Assembly (NCBI RefSeq): GCF_001194135.2
Contig: NC_068995.1
Location: 18,165,365 to 18,225,392, forward strand
DNA: 60,028 nt
Direction of reading: 5' to 3'
Origin: Octopus bimaculoides
Taxonomy: Eukaryota
Part shown: one piece after another, positions 40,480-53,189 of the stretch
Numbering within the stretch: the stretch's first letter is position 1
Layout: the number at the start of each line of letters is the position of its first letter
Translations under genes and position numbers: made by a program
Notes under the pieces: generated by a model
The model's database searches: none
Seen by the model: the letters and a program-made list of their open reading frames with translations, nothing else
Told to the model about the DNA's origin: nothing

Positions 40480-40633
40480 CGTGGATACAAGCACTTCCAC
40501 CCAGCAAAGCCAGCATCCAGCATCCAGCATCGGCAGCTAGCAAGCCGTGCTACTCCAGGCTGATGATGAGCAATGACTCTGAAACTAGTCTCTGGATGCT
40601 GGCTTTGCTGAGTGGAGGTGCTTGTCTCCAACG
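40480..40633. repeat. Foldback element with about 40-bp arms enclosing a hammerhead motif
   Basis: Left arm 40480-40520 is the rc of 40592-40633, with about four differences. Confidence 0.9.
40554..40596 (+). ncRNA. Minimal type I hammerhead ribozyme motif
   Basis: TCCAGG-CTGATGA-TGAG-caatga-CTCT-GAAA-CTAG-TC-TCTGGA. Intact core, palindromic ACTAGT stem III, GUC triplet (cleavage after 40590), 6-bp stem I; U-U at the base of stem II. Confidence 0.75.
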
Positions 40634-43600
40634 AAAAGAAGCTGCTAGCTGCCTATCATCTGCCTATCATACACATGTACTGAGCAAACTCTCCTTACAT
40701 TTGTATCTTATTTGTATACAAAGCTATACTCTTATCATTACCATTATTATTATTACTATCATCATTATTATTATTTGCTACATAAAATGAATTGTTCAAC
40801 AATTTGTACTTCAGGAAGTTCAGAAGTATTTCAGAAATCTAAGGTATACAATACAAGCTATTTTCATTTAAACCAGAAAGTCGTACGACGGATATTAAAA
40901 TTTAAATGCATTAAGATTTATTAATAATCCCACATTACAAGAAAAAGAAAAAAATTAACCGATTTCTGTACTCTTAACAAATGACATATGACAATGTAAT
41001 CTCATGGTTAAATTTCTATAGCTGCTTGACTTGCTACTGTATGTCTAGATGACTTATGAATTTTCAGTGCTACTTTGGTTTCAGCTGTATATTCTCATAA
41101 AGTGAACAAATGTATATATTTTATTTTAGACTATATTATTTTTTCTTCTTTCTAATCGTATCTATCTCCCTCTCTATATCTATATTATGAACATAAGTTA
41201 ATATTCATATGAGTGTGTGTGCTTGTGCTATTGTATGTGTGCTTGTGTGCGTGTATGCGCGTACGTGCGTGCACATAACATTCAGAAAGTTTGTTAATCC
41301 TTGCGCTTGTGCTTCAGCCGAAACATGATTTATAGTGGCTTGAGGTGATGTATTGTAATTTTACAATCTTATTATTTCACAAGGAGAATTTGAATGCAGT
41401 ATTTATTTTAATAACTCGTACAATAATATTTCTTTAGAAAAGAAAATCTATTTCAGATAACTAATTTAATAGTTAGATATCTTCCTTGTTTTTGTTCTTT
41501 TTTTTCTACATATTGGTAAATCTGCATCTTAGATATTTTTTCCCCTCATGACAAATATTTTAATTATCTTATGAAATAAATGTCTGTAAACTTTTCTCAT
41601 AATATAATATAATAAGCACGTAACGAAATCAGAAATTATTTGCAATACACCAGTTTGCCTCTGAAATGTATGAAACAAATATGTTTACTTCGGATGGGTG
41701 CAAGTTATTAAGGTGTTTCCACAAACACTTAAAATAACCGAAATAAGTTTTCACCTGTTATTAATCTATAAAACATTTACAAAATATTCAGATGGATGTA
41801 CAGATTCTATTTTTCTCATTTACTTCTTACAAACTGATGTATAATAGCAGTTAACCTGTGAATAATGAATGTGTGTTTATTATAGCGTGCTTGTTAGAAA
41901 AGCTCTGAAACATTCAAATTCAATTGGGAGTTCACTTAGCTAATTTCTGTTAATGAAATGTTCATTAGGAAGTGCAATTAGATCCAGTGTAATACGCAGA
42001 AGTTACAAATGACTAATAGAACACGTGTTAAACTTTTTTTTTAATTCCCACTATTAGAAACACGCAGATGAGTTCAATCATTTAGGAAAAGCAACAATCT
42101 GTCTATATAACTCACTGGGAGGTAGATTTCTGCAGCAATGTAAACAACAAAGAATAATAACATATACTAATATATTTTTAGTATATGGAGCTCAAATTTT
42201 AAAAGTCTTCTCCTTATTGACATGATGTATCCTACAAGATAAATTGCAAATTCAATGCGGAATGACTCAAAGTTTTCCAGGTTTCGACAACTGAGTAGAT
42301 CTAATCCTACTGAACAGGTGTCACCGTCACTGTAGAAGAGCCCTTGCAACATTTAAACTATATTCATACTAATTTACAGAAACAAAATACGTTTCAAATT
42401 TATTATCAAAACAGCTTTCCCTTTGCGCTGCACTTTAAAACTGAATACGTTAAGTCAGCTGTCTGTAATAATTGTTTTGGGCAACGTCATACCATGTAAA
42501 CTTAATAAAAAGAACTGATACTGTGCTATTAAACATGATTGAATTTAAATTAGTGTTTACCTAAAACTCTGTCCAATATGTGATGTACTCATTTGTGACA
42601 AGTCATTAATTAGTACTATCAAGCCTCATATGATGCAACAACCTGCATTAAGTATTCTGTTGTCAAAATTATTCAAAAGTCTGAGAATAAACAATTCATA
42701 TTCTTCCACGGATTCTAAATATGCATTGTATGGAGCCATTATGATAATGGAAGGCCTAACGACATTTAACGCGAATAAATTTGGTGAATACAAAGTGTCG
42801 TCTTTGAATTGAAGAGGTTAATAATGTTGGCATGTGATCAGATTATCTAAATCTTTTGACCTAAAGTTCAATCTCATCAAACATTTGTAGAATTTCTTTA
42901 ACAATTTCCTAATAATATAAAATTTTCCCAAACTGCAAAGCTTCTATCAAGATGCGAGAAATTTTATAAAGTCAACCAGTCAATAATGCACAAACGTATT
43001 ATTGCTTTGGCTAATCACACGTTCAGACTTTATAGCACTTCTGACACAAGGAAAAGAACATTCAGCCTTTACATCTAGATGAAGTCATGTTTGGAGCAGA
43101 AATTAAGATATTTTTAACATGTATTTTTATTTTGACATTTTACAATCATCGTTTTACTCTGACTCACATTTATACTTTTCAGAATTAAAAACAAGGGAAT
43201 TATAATGTAATTAGTGTTTTTTCTTTATTTATTAATAAAATATTTCACATAGAGATGATTCAAGTTAAAATGAGGTTAAAATGACAAATGAAGGTCGAAA
43301 TATGTTTTCAAGTAAGTGTATTATCTAAGTTATATATCTTAGAAAAATAGCTGTGTGAGTACAACGTGACAAAATTATTCAGCAAAGCTATATTAATGTG
43401 TCCATTGTAAACTTTTAACATCAGAGTGACGTTTTCGATATATGCCTTTTCACCTCAGTGGTAAATTTATGGCCTAATATTTTACAGCACTCCAGCTATG
43501 CAGTTCTTTGTGTGAATCGTCTTTCTAAGTAACTGTTCGATTTTTACAACCAATGATACTTGTTGGAGCGAGAAAATTTTTATGTCCACAGTGTAATCTC

Positions 43601-43901
43601 TTCCGATTTGTACATTGCCTTTGAACTTTAACAGTAACATCTAGCATGAGCATTTTCATTGTAAAGTAGCTATATCATTTAGCTAGCATCATCATCATTA
43701 AATGCTGTATTTAGAGGTTTGCAACTGTAATAACAAGCAACAAAAACAACAGACATTATGTTCATGCAAAATCAAATGTTTGTTCCAAAACAGGCATCTC
43801 TTACTTTTAATAGCTCAAAATATTTGTGTCTATTGCCATGTTTTAATAATAACCATCATGGAATATACATACGTCCCTATATTTATCTATCTATCTATCT
43901 A

Positions 43902-43954
<53 letters not shown>

Positions 43955-43959
43955 GATGA

Positions 43960-44015
43960 AATACCATTAAGCATTTCGTCCGGCGTGTTAACTTTTCTGC
44001 TAGCTCGCCACCTTA
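43960..44015 (-). mobile_element. Family A SINE 5' fragment
   Basis: AAGCATTTCGTCCGGCGTGTTAAC...GCTAGCTCGCC. Confidence 0.75.
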
Positions 44016-44349
44016 TATATTGTACATTATTGATAATATTCGGTACCTGTCTGGATATTATATCTCTATAGAGACAAACAGGTAAACACACCTAAGCTTG
44101 ATATATAAAATATACATGGATATATAAACACAAGTAAAATATTTATAGATATATATAGAGAGAAGCAAAAGCTGAAAACATACTGAAGATGAACGTTCAT
44201 GTATAGATATTTAGATATATATATTTAGATATATATTTTGGGAACAGATACACATGGAACACAAAAATACAGAAAACTAAGGGAAGAAAGTATGGTTTTC
44301 CAAACCCGACAGCATTTTATGGGGTCTTCGAATTAAGCAAAAGTTGAGT

Positions 44350-44460
44350 TTCTTTCAGCTTCCACACACCAAATCCACACATAAGGCTGTGGTCGGCTCG
44401 AGTATTTAATCAACAACACTTTGTCAAGGCGTCACACAGTAAGACTGAACTGGAACTCAC
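44350..44460 (-). mobile_element. Family B SINE remnant
   Basis: TTTCAGCTTCCACACACCAAATCCACACATAAGGCTGTGGTCGGCTCGAG matches family B. Confidence 0.65.
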
Positions 44461-45994
44461 TCTCTCTCACTCTTTTCGTATATATACACATACATACATG
44501 CATACAAATATGTGTGCACATATACATAGATACATATGATATATGTGTGTGTGTGAGTGTGTGTGTATGTATGTATAGGTGTTTGTGCGTGTTTGTGTGT
44601 GTGTGAATTCACACACTAAATCTTATGTAAAGTTGACAATTATTAAATTAATATTTTATACACATCACTCAATACATCACTCCTTGATACGTTTAGATAA
44701 ATACATTCTTCAAAAATTGTGTGGAATTTCCAACAAGAACACACAAATTTAGAGAAAAGAGAAAAGAATTGCCCCTTCTTGAACTCTTGTGCAAGGTGTA
44801 CCATATAAATAAATATACACATACACACACAAACTATCATGCAAATTTATTCATACGTGCTTATATACGAACACACACACACATGCATTTATATACTTAT
44901 ATCTGTTTGTGTCAATGTGTCTCTATGTAAGTATGAATGTATGTGCATTTGAGCGTGTATATTTCATTGCTTCACAAAATATACACATACTTAGTAACAT
45001 AAAGATCGACATACGTCTATCTATGAACGTATGTATATGTATATCTGTATGTTGAAAGTGAAATGAATTGTGAGAACGAATGAGACATGTCTCCTCATAT
45101 TCAAACTATTAATTTACTTCTCAATAAAATAAATTGCATGGCAATATCACTGATTTATTTTTCTATATTTTTAAATATTCTTCGAAATATTTTTCTGTTT
45201 CGTATTTCTAAATCAAGAAATGGAAACAATTATTCTGTTGTATGTATCTATTAAAGCTTGCTGTACACCTGTGACACTCAGAAATATTCAGCATGCTACT
45301 CCTATACTACAGTGTATGTATTTTTTCTTACTATAATGTTTCTCATCTCTTATAAATATTGGCTAACATGCACAGCATCGCTTTATTTTCGTGTATCATT
45401 TTTCTTCTTTTCAATGCAGCAAATTTCAACGCAGGTGCATTATTATTAAGTCATTATTAAGGATAGAGAAGAAGAAAAAATATTGAATCAAAAACTTAAT
45501 TATAATTTGAATTTAAAGAATCTTTTATTGGCATCGTTTAAACGTAAATATTTCTACGTTAGAGAAAAAATAAACTAATTTTGTTAACTTCATCTATAAT
45601 TATAACTTTAATTGTAAATATTGATATCAAAGACTACTTGTTTAAGATGCTGCAATAGGCTTTCTTTTCTTTTTTTGTTGGGGTGTTTATATGTGTTGTT
45701 GTTTATGAGCAATGTTTAAGACGGAATTTTAACTCTTTTTCATTTTCTTGGCCAAGTGTTCACGTCTTATTAGAACCATTCAGCTGCTTAGCTAAGACTT
45801 GTGAAAGAACATATGTTAGTAAAAACGATTATATAAATGAGAAAGAAGAAACAATGAAATTAGACTTTCCCAAACTCCTCACCACCAAGCAAGCATCCTT
45901 TTTATTCAAGACATTTTCCAGCAGTCCTCTTCTTTCGAAATATCTAGTCCTGTTTTCCGAGATTCGTCTCCCATTTAAGGGATATGACATAATA

Positions 45995-46990
45995 ATCCTT
46001 TCTACTGTGGGCTCATGGTCTGACATTTTGGTGGAGGGGTAGGCAATTTAATCGGCTCCAGTGCTCGACTATTACTTTTTTCATCGATCGCAGTTGAATT
46101 TGAACTCAGAGCGTAGCGACAGACGACATGCCGTTAAGCATTTCACCCGATGTGCTAACGATGTTGCCAACTTGCAGCCTTAGATGTATAATATAATAGA
46201 ATAATTGCATTCTACATTGCAGATATTTAAAAGTCTGAATTAGACTTACATGCCATTTTGCATTCCTTCTTATTTCTTTAACCTAAAATTACATATATTT
46301 TACATCACTCTTGGATGGTGTAGGTTTTCTATTCCAGTTAATTTAAGTGATACGTTCTGCAAAGCAAAACAGAGACATATTTTAATTCCTGGATATCTTC
46401 AACCGTGGAAGGTCAAGTATTTGAGTAGTGATTCATTTCCATGAAATTAAGTAATATTTTGTTCTATCCAGGGAAAAAATCCTTAAAAAAGTATTAATCC
46501 TTTCTACCATAGGCACAGGCCTTAAATTTTGGTGAGAGTGCTTGACTGGTACTTATTTAACCGACCCTGAATGTGATGAAAAGCAAAGTTGATTTCGGAG
46601 GAATTTGAACTCAGAGCGAATATCCGCGTTTTATCCGTCGTGCTACCGGTTCTGCCAGTTCTCACCATATTACCATTATGCCACTAATAATGGTTTCAAA
46701 TTCTGGAACAAGAGAGGGGACTAATCGTTTACATAAATCCCAGTGTTTCACTCGTACCTAAATTTCCTTTCTACACTAGGTACAAGGCCCGACATTTTTG
46801 GGGAGGGGGCCAGTCGATTAGATCGACTCCAATACGCAACTGGTACTTAACTTATCGACCCCGAAAGGATGAAAGGCAAAGTCGACCTCGGCGGAATTTG
46901 ATCTCAGAACGTAACGGCAAACGAAATACCGCTGAGCATTTCGTCCGGTGTGCTAACGATTCTGCCAGCTCACTGCATTTCATTATGCCA
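45995..46990 (-). mobile_element. Family A SINE cluster (45995-46185, 46497-46670, 46690-46764 fragment, 46765-46980 young copy)
   Basis: Repeated family A matches; the last copy is near-consensus. Confidence 0.88.
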
Positions 46991-47299
46991 ATTTAATGAT
47001 CACACGCACTGGTTTAATTTCACTCGTTTATTGTTAGTCATTTGGTTAGTAACCTAACTAAATAACTAACCGTCTGTTTAATTTGTGAGGAAAACAATGA
47101 TTCAGTTGTTTGTCAAATGCTTTTCATCGCTATTCGTGACCTTGTATGTTACATGACCTCTCCCCTCGAGCCCTGTACTGAGCCTGCCTGACAATTAGTT
47201 TTATGCCGGTTTACCCATAGGGATGTAAAGGTATTGGGGTGTGGAAGAGTATAAGAATGTCTATTTACAAGAGAACTAAAGGGAGGGAGTAGAGGAAGA

Positions 47300-47415
47300 G
47301 TACGCTTGTATGTGTTTGTGTGAGAGCGAGTGTGTATGTGCGAGTATGTGCGCTTGTGTGTAGTCTCAAGTGACTATTGACAGGTCTGTGTAAGTGTGTG
47401 CGTGTGTGTATGTGT

Positions 47416-47451
<36 letters not shown>

Positions 47452-48250
47452 GTTGGTCATCAGTGACCTATTTATTGACCTGGACACTCTACTCCTCGTT
47501 AACCTGGTTTCAAATTTGCGTATTTGTCATTTTCTTAATGTTTATGGGTGCATTGAGTGTGAGAAGGGGGGAACAAGGAGAGGAAGGTGCGTGTGTGCGC
47601 GTTCGCGTGTGGGTGTACACCCTAGTGTGTGTGCGTTGGTGAGCGCGCATGCTTGTGTGTGTGCGTGTATATGTGAGTAGTTAAGTTGGATTCTTTGAGT
47701 GTGCATGTTTTAAGTGCGTGTGTTTGTGTGTGCGTATGTGTGTGTGTTTATGTTGGTGAATGTTTCTATGATGCGAGTGTGCCTTCCTATATGTATGTGT
47801 TCTGGTGTGTGTATGTGTATGTATGCGCGTGTGATGTAGTCATTTTTATAATAATATAAATAATATATAAATATATGCATATATCCATACATATATGTAC
47901 ATACATACAGGTTTACTTCCTTGCGTGTGTGACTGTGTTTGCGTGTGTGCATGCTTGTGTGCGTTTTAGTGTATGCGTATGTCTTCCTGTGTGCGTGCGT
48001 GTGTGCGTGTGCGTACGTGTGCGCATGTGTGCGTGTGCCATTGCATGTCTGTGTGTGTGTGTGTGTGTGTGTGTAGTGTGATATAGTCGGTGTTATGGGA
48101 AAGAATACGTATGTGCTTGCATATGTGCGTTTGGCGTGTGTGTGTGTGTGGGGGGGTCACATGTGTGCGCGTGTCCATGTGTGTGAGTGTGTGTGTTCTT
48201 TTGTGTCTGTACATGAGTGTATTCGCCTGTGTGTGAACACAGACATATGT
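47300..48250. repeat. About 1-kb degenerate (TG)n/(TGCG)n tract
   Basis: Directly visible. Confidence 0.9.
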
Positions 48251-48593
48251 ATCCCTCTCAAACATGCTTTCTCATGTATCAATACTTGAGTTGGTAGAGT
48301 GAGATCTTGCCTGCTTTGCTTTTACTAATGGAANNNNNNNNNNNNNNNNNNNNNNNNNNNNNNNNNNNNNNNNNNNNNNNNNNNNNNNNNNNNNNNNNNN
48401 NNNNNNNNNNNNNNNNNNNNNNNNNNNNNNATAAGTGCATTTTTTCAGAATGACTCGCATCTTATTCACTTTGAAAAAATTCAACCAATTTTAAAATTTC
48501 AAAAACTGAGACAGCATCAAAAAACACTCATTGGCTTTTCTCCTTGATAAAAGAACGTAAAGAAAATGCTCCAGTTGGTGTTCTTTTATTCTT

Positions 48594-49030
48594 TTACTTT
48601 TTTCAGTAATACTGGAGTACCGCCTTAAATGGTTTTAGCCGAAGAAATCGACCCTCGGACTTATTCTTTGTAAGCCTGGTACTTATTCTATCGTCTCTTT
48701 GTTGAACTGCTGGGAACGTAAGCGACCAATATCGGTTGTCAAGTGACGGGGGGGGGGGAGACAAACACAGACAGAAAGATACACACAGATAAACACATAC
48801 ATACACACATACATGCTTACATATGTATACACATACACACTAACACACACACACACACACACATATATACGATGGGCTTCATTCAATTTCTGTCTGCCAA
48901 ATACACTCACGTGGCTTTGGTCGGCCCGAGGCTATACTAGAAGGTACTCGAGGTGTCACGTGGTGAGATTGAACTCGGAACCATGTGGTTGCGAAGCAAG
49001 CTTCTTACTATACAACCATGACTGCACCTG
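48594..49030 (-). mobile_element. Full-length family B SINE with internal (CA)n
   Basis: Head at 49030-48960, tail at 48594-48740; possible TSD TGTTCTTTT (48579-48587, 49029-49037). Confidence 0.88.
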
Positions 49031-49041
49031 TTCTTTTGAAG

Positions 49042-49228
49042 ATGGGCTGAATTCTGGAAGTACTATAATACCGGACCAACCCGTGGCAAAGGTGGAGCGA
49101 GTCCCTGACTATGCCTCCTTCTAAAAATCAGTTTAATATTGATGGTCCCAAGTAGGAACCGTATCAGTTATTAAGCTGACAAGAGCAGATACTACACTTT
49201 GATCTCAGCTAAAAGGCCGAGGATGTAT
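49042..49228 (-). ncRNA. U2: U2 spliceosomal snRNA, full-length variant or pseudogene (187 nt)
   Basis: rc begins ATACATCCTCGGCCTTTTAGCTGAGATCAAAGTGTAGTATCTGCTCTTGTCAGCTTAATAACTGATACG. Branch-point recognition GTAGTA (49195-49190), stems IIa/IIb, an Sm-like site and stems III/IV are recognisable. Confidence 0.93.
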
Positions 49229-49560
49229 GCATTTTAAAATCAAAAATAAATAAATAAATAAAAATTAACTGTGCGTTATACTGTCGTATTAGTTCATTTG
49301 GTGTGGGCAATTAATTCACTTTTTCAATTGAAAATTCAGAAACGAATGTTCAGAATATAGGTACGTAGTAACGATAGTAGTTTTAAGCAGACAAAAGTTT
49401 GGCATGTTACAACGGAAATAGGCACCAATATGTCTATGGCTTACGATTGGCCAAAATCATCCAACATTTGCAAACTTGAAATTCTATTAACATTCTATTT
49501 ATTACGGAGATGTACTTGCATAGCAAGTGACCTGATCTGAAATCGTGTGCTGGAATGAAA

Positions 49561-49848
49561 ACAATTGCGGCGTGGAAGGTGTTTATGAGCCATTTAAAAT
49601 AACAAACAAAACCCGTTAGATTGCTGCAGCACGGAATTTTGTCAGTGTACAGGTCGCGGTCTCAAAGCGACGAAAATATTTTGACAAATTAAATTTAAAT
49701 GTTGAAGTGAATCTGACGGTTTTTGTGTGTTATTTTNNNNNNNNNNACGAAAATATTTTGACAAATTAAATTTAAATGTTGAAGTGAATCTGACGGTTTT
49801 TGTGTGTTATTTTAAATGGCTTATAAACACCTTCCACGCTGCAACTGT
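49561..49848. repeat. Foldback repeat with about 60-bp inverted arms
   Basis: ACAATTGCGGCGTGGAAGGTGTTTATGAGCCATTTAAAATAAC... versus ...GTTATTTTAAATGGCTTATAAACACCTTCCACGCTGCAACTGT. Confidence 0.85.
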
Positions 49849-50115
49849 ATTCTATTTATTGATCTATGAGAAATACGAATTTCTTCTTCGATAATTAGCA
49901 TACAAAACTACATCAATATACCAAATTTGAAAACTGAAACCCAAACAAAAATAATCCGTAGTGTCTGCTGTGGAGGCAGCGGCAATTTGGTTCGCATGTG
50001 TATATCCTATTTAATAGAGGCAACGATTCGCTTTGAGAACGGATGCAAATGTTAACTGTCAATACGTACACATGTTCCAAAATGTACTCTTTCAAGATCT
50101 ACATAATAGACATAC

Positions 50116-50243
50116 ATTTGGATTTTAGAAATATGGGAATAATGATAACAACAATAAGATATGAACTCAACGCCAGCTGAAGCTTGGTAATAAATCAGTA
50201 GAATTTGTAAAGAATGCTCCTCAGGCATCTTCAAATTCAGTCT
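50116..50243 (-). other. Candidate 128-nt spliced exon (coding status unknown)
   Basis: Branch TTCTAAC plus AATTCTTTTTATATTAG acceptor, donor AAT|GTATGT; one open frame. Confidence 0.25.
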
Positions 50244-51044
50244 CTAATATAAAAAGAATTGTTAGAATAGGATACACATAAATTTTATGTTGTATGTGAG
50301 GAATTTACAAATTATGAATTTATGCATATATTGTTCGCAAAATATATCAAGTCCATAGATAATTCGAACAAAACATATATTTGTGGAGTTCTCTGATACA
50401 CTGTAATAGTGACAATTTGAAAACAGAATGAGTATTTGCTGAAGAGTATTTCATTACCTAAAATAGTATAAGAGCAATTGAATCTCTAAAAGACAATGAG
50501 TTGCTTTTTCTTCCCCAATACTTTAACTTGCGCCTTAGTGACAGAAATTAAACAGTTGGGATTTCAAGTTCGCATTGATGCTTGTTTTATGAAATGAAGA
50601 CAAAAATATAATCGGAACGATAAGTATCACATATTAGCAAAAATATACCTTTAAGCGAATTATATTTTGCAATGAGTAAAAGCTGACATTTAATATTCAG
50701 AAGTACGGAGAATTTTAAACTTTTGATATAAACGTATAAAATGCATATCTACTAAAAGAAGAAAAGAAGTTGATCAAATATATCACGAGTCACGTATGCT
50801 TTTTTGCTTGTTAAATTTCTTCTATTTTTTTTTTGAGTCTGAATACCATGTCAACAATAAATCTTAACTATATGCTAAAGTCCAAAGCAATTAGATTTTC
50901 AATGCATTGTTCGGTATACTATCATCACTAACTCAAAAATGATTAATATAACCGATCATCATCAATATTCGATCAGTATCAATATATGTAGTGTACATTG
51001 ATGCACACTCACGCATTTAATTTATACATGCTATATCTATGTAT

Positions 51045-51462
51045 ATAGGCGTAGCTGTGTGGTAAGAAGCTTGCTTTCCGACCACATGGTTCTGAGTTCA
51101 CCACATGGCGCCTTGGGCAAGGGTCTTCTACTTACCGTCGGGCTGACCAAAGCATTATGAATGAATTTGGTAGACGGAAAATAAAAGAAGACCAACACAC
51201 ACATATATATTTATACATATGTATGTATGTATGTATGTATGTATATTTGTGTGTGTGTCTGGCTGTTTGTCTTCCTGCCAACAAACGATAACCGATAGTG
51301 GTGCGTTTACGTCCCCGAAACTTAATGGTTCAGCAAAAGAGACAGATAGAATAAGTATTAGGCTTACAAAGAATAAGTCCTGAGTCGATATCTTCGACTA
51401 AAGGCAGTGCTCCAGCATGGCCGAAGTCAAATATGTGAAACAAGTAAAAAAATAAAAGAATG
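51045..51462 (+). mobile_element. Full-length family B SINE
   Basis: GGCGTAGCTGTGTGGTAAGAAGCTTGCTTTCCGACCACATGGTTCTGAGTTCA...CAAGTAAAAAAATAAAAG. Confidence 0.9.
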
Positions 51463-51564
51463 TATATATGTATGTGTGTGTATGTGTGTGTGTATGTGTG
51501 TGTGTGTGTGTGTGTGAGTATATATATATATATGTGTGTGTATGTATATATTATATTTAGATTT

Positions 51565-51665
51565 ATTGAAGAATTTAATATTATTAATATATCCCGCCTC
51601 CCGCAGGGCGTCATTATAATAAGGTGCCTGTTTTTTGAAAATCTCAAAATTAGAAGAAAGCAACT
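51565..51665 (-). mobile_element. Penelope RT C-terminal fragment
   Basis: LSSNFEIFKKQAPYYNDALREAGY matches the PLE LSS...IF....PYY..AL...GY motif. Confidence 0.7.
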
Positions 51666-53189
51666 ATAATCTTTTACCTATATTATCTGTCAACGATTTC
51701 TTAATCGTGGGTTGATGATTGTCACACAGAAAATATCTGGCTTGCTGGTGTGTATACACCTAGATCAATTTGCAGCGCCACCTAGCTTGACTGTGAGATG
51801 TTTACACATCGGAGCAGTTGTCTCTTAATCGGTCACAGACTCTAGGCAGGTGGACATTGACAGCTGGTTTAAGAGATAACCTCTCCCATGCTTTTCTAGT
51901 CTCCGTACGGTGACTGGCAGTGATATACGGTGACTCACCGTTAATTCTGTGGGTGCGCGCACGTTTGTATGCTTGTGTGTGTGAGTGTATGTTGTGCGTG
52001 CATCTTTGTACATATGTATATATATATATATATATATATATGTTCAATACAAGGAAAAACAATTTCCTTTATAGGGATGGAAAAAGAACCAATTTTCCAC
52101 TGGTTTTTCAGTAAATACCCAATATGGTAGAGAAAAACTTTTCACAATTCATAAGGATATCAAAATTCAATATAAAAAAAAATTAAAAGAAAATGGAGTT
52201 TTACGATTGACATATTTTAAATATAAATCATTAACATATGATATTACAATTAATATAATATTATATGAATAGAAATGCAAATATTTATCCTACAGATTGT
52301 TTCCATTCGTACCCAATAATGAATTTATAAAAAAATCATATTTTTGCGTATGAATTTCTCAAAATATAATATGTTTCAACACACGATTTCACATCAGAAA
52401 TCTTGCAAAGCAAACACTTAGCCATGATTATTTGTTCATCTTCTATATACTTTTCGGGTTTCTCCAATTCAACTACACCGTCAAATAACTTTCTTTTAGT
52501 CTTTTTCCCCTCTCACACTCCTGAATAAAATGTTTCTCCTAACATTTCTCTTTGTCTCACTTTAACCTTCCCTCTCTTTCTGTCACTATCATGTCAACTG
52601 CTTACTCATAATTGAAGCATACATTAAATTTTAGTTGTTCCCCATCAAATAGCAAGTTTTTCTGATACAATTTCAAATTGTTGTCAAGAACACAGTCATG
52701 AAGATATATCGCCTTTCATGTTACATTTATTGCATATTTCTGTGTTGTGTGTGTATCATTTTTGTGCTTTTTCATGTGGTGTGTGTGTCTGTGAGCAAAA
52801 GGTGTGCTAGTGCATGGTGCGTGTAGGTGAACAAAAGTTATCTTTGTCTACGTATGTTGTGTGTGTTAATGCATGTTGTGTATATATGTATATATTGTCT
52901 GTGTTCAGTTATGTGCTTGTGTGGGTGTGAGAGTGTGCATGGTGGTGTGTGTACTGAGTTAAACAGTGTGTGTGTGTGTGTGTGGCTGCTCATACAGTGT
53001 TGTGTGTGGTGACACTATTGAAGATTGCGTGCGGGTGTGTGGATGATGGTGTATGGTGTGGGTGCTGAGAAGAGGTCAGTCCTATCGTGTGGTGAAGAGG
53101 TGTGGGGTTGGTATCAAATGAAGAGAGGGGGTGAGGTTGGTGTCAGATGAAGAGAAGAGGTGAGTCGAGCCCATGTTGCTCAAAGGAGC

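Noticed and set aside
42116-42129. 14-nt minus-strand microexon (TGCAG|...|GTGAGT)
   Set aside because: Signals this short arise often by chance; no host gene to anchor it.
45420-45434. 15-nt plus-strand microexon after a long pyrimidine tract
   Set aside because: Weak donor (GTGCAT) and no supporting neighbouring exons.
45683-46042. 119-aa plus-strand ORF
   Set aside because: The 3' end is SINE tail sequence and the rest has no recognisable motif.
49027-49041. CTTCAAAAGAACAG as the U2 3' box
   Set aside because: Begins about 1 nt after the predicted mature end, closer than the usual 9-19 nt, and overlaps the SINE target duplication.
49670-49813. 67-bp direct repeat
   Set aside because: Identical copies flank a 10-N gap, the signature of overlapping contig ends.
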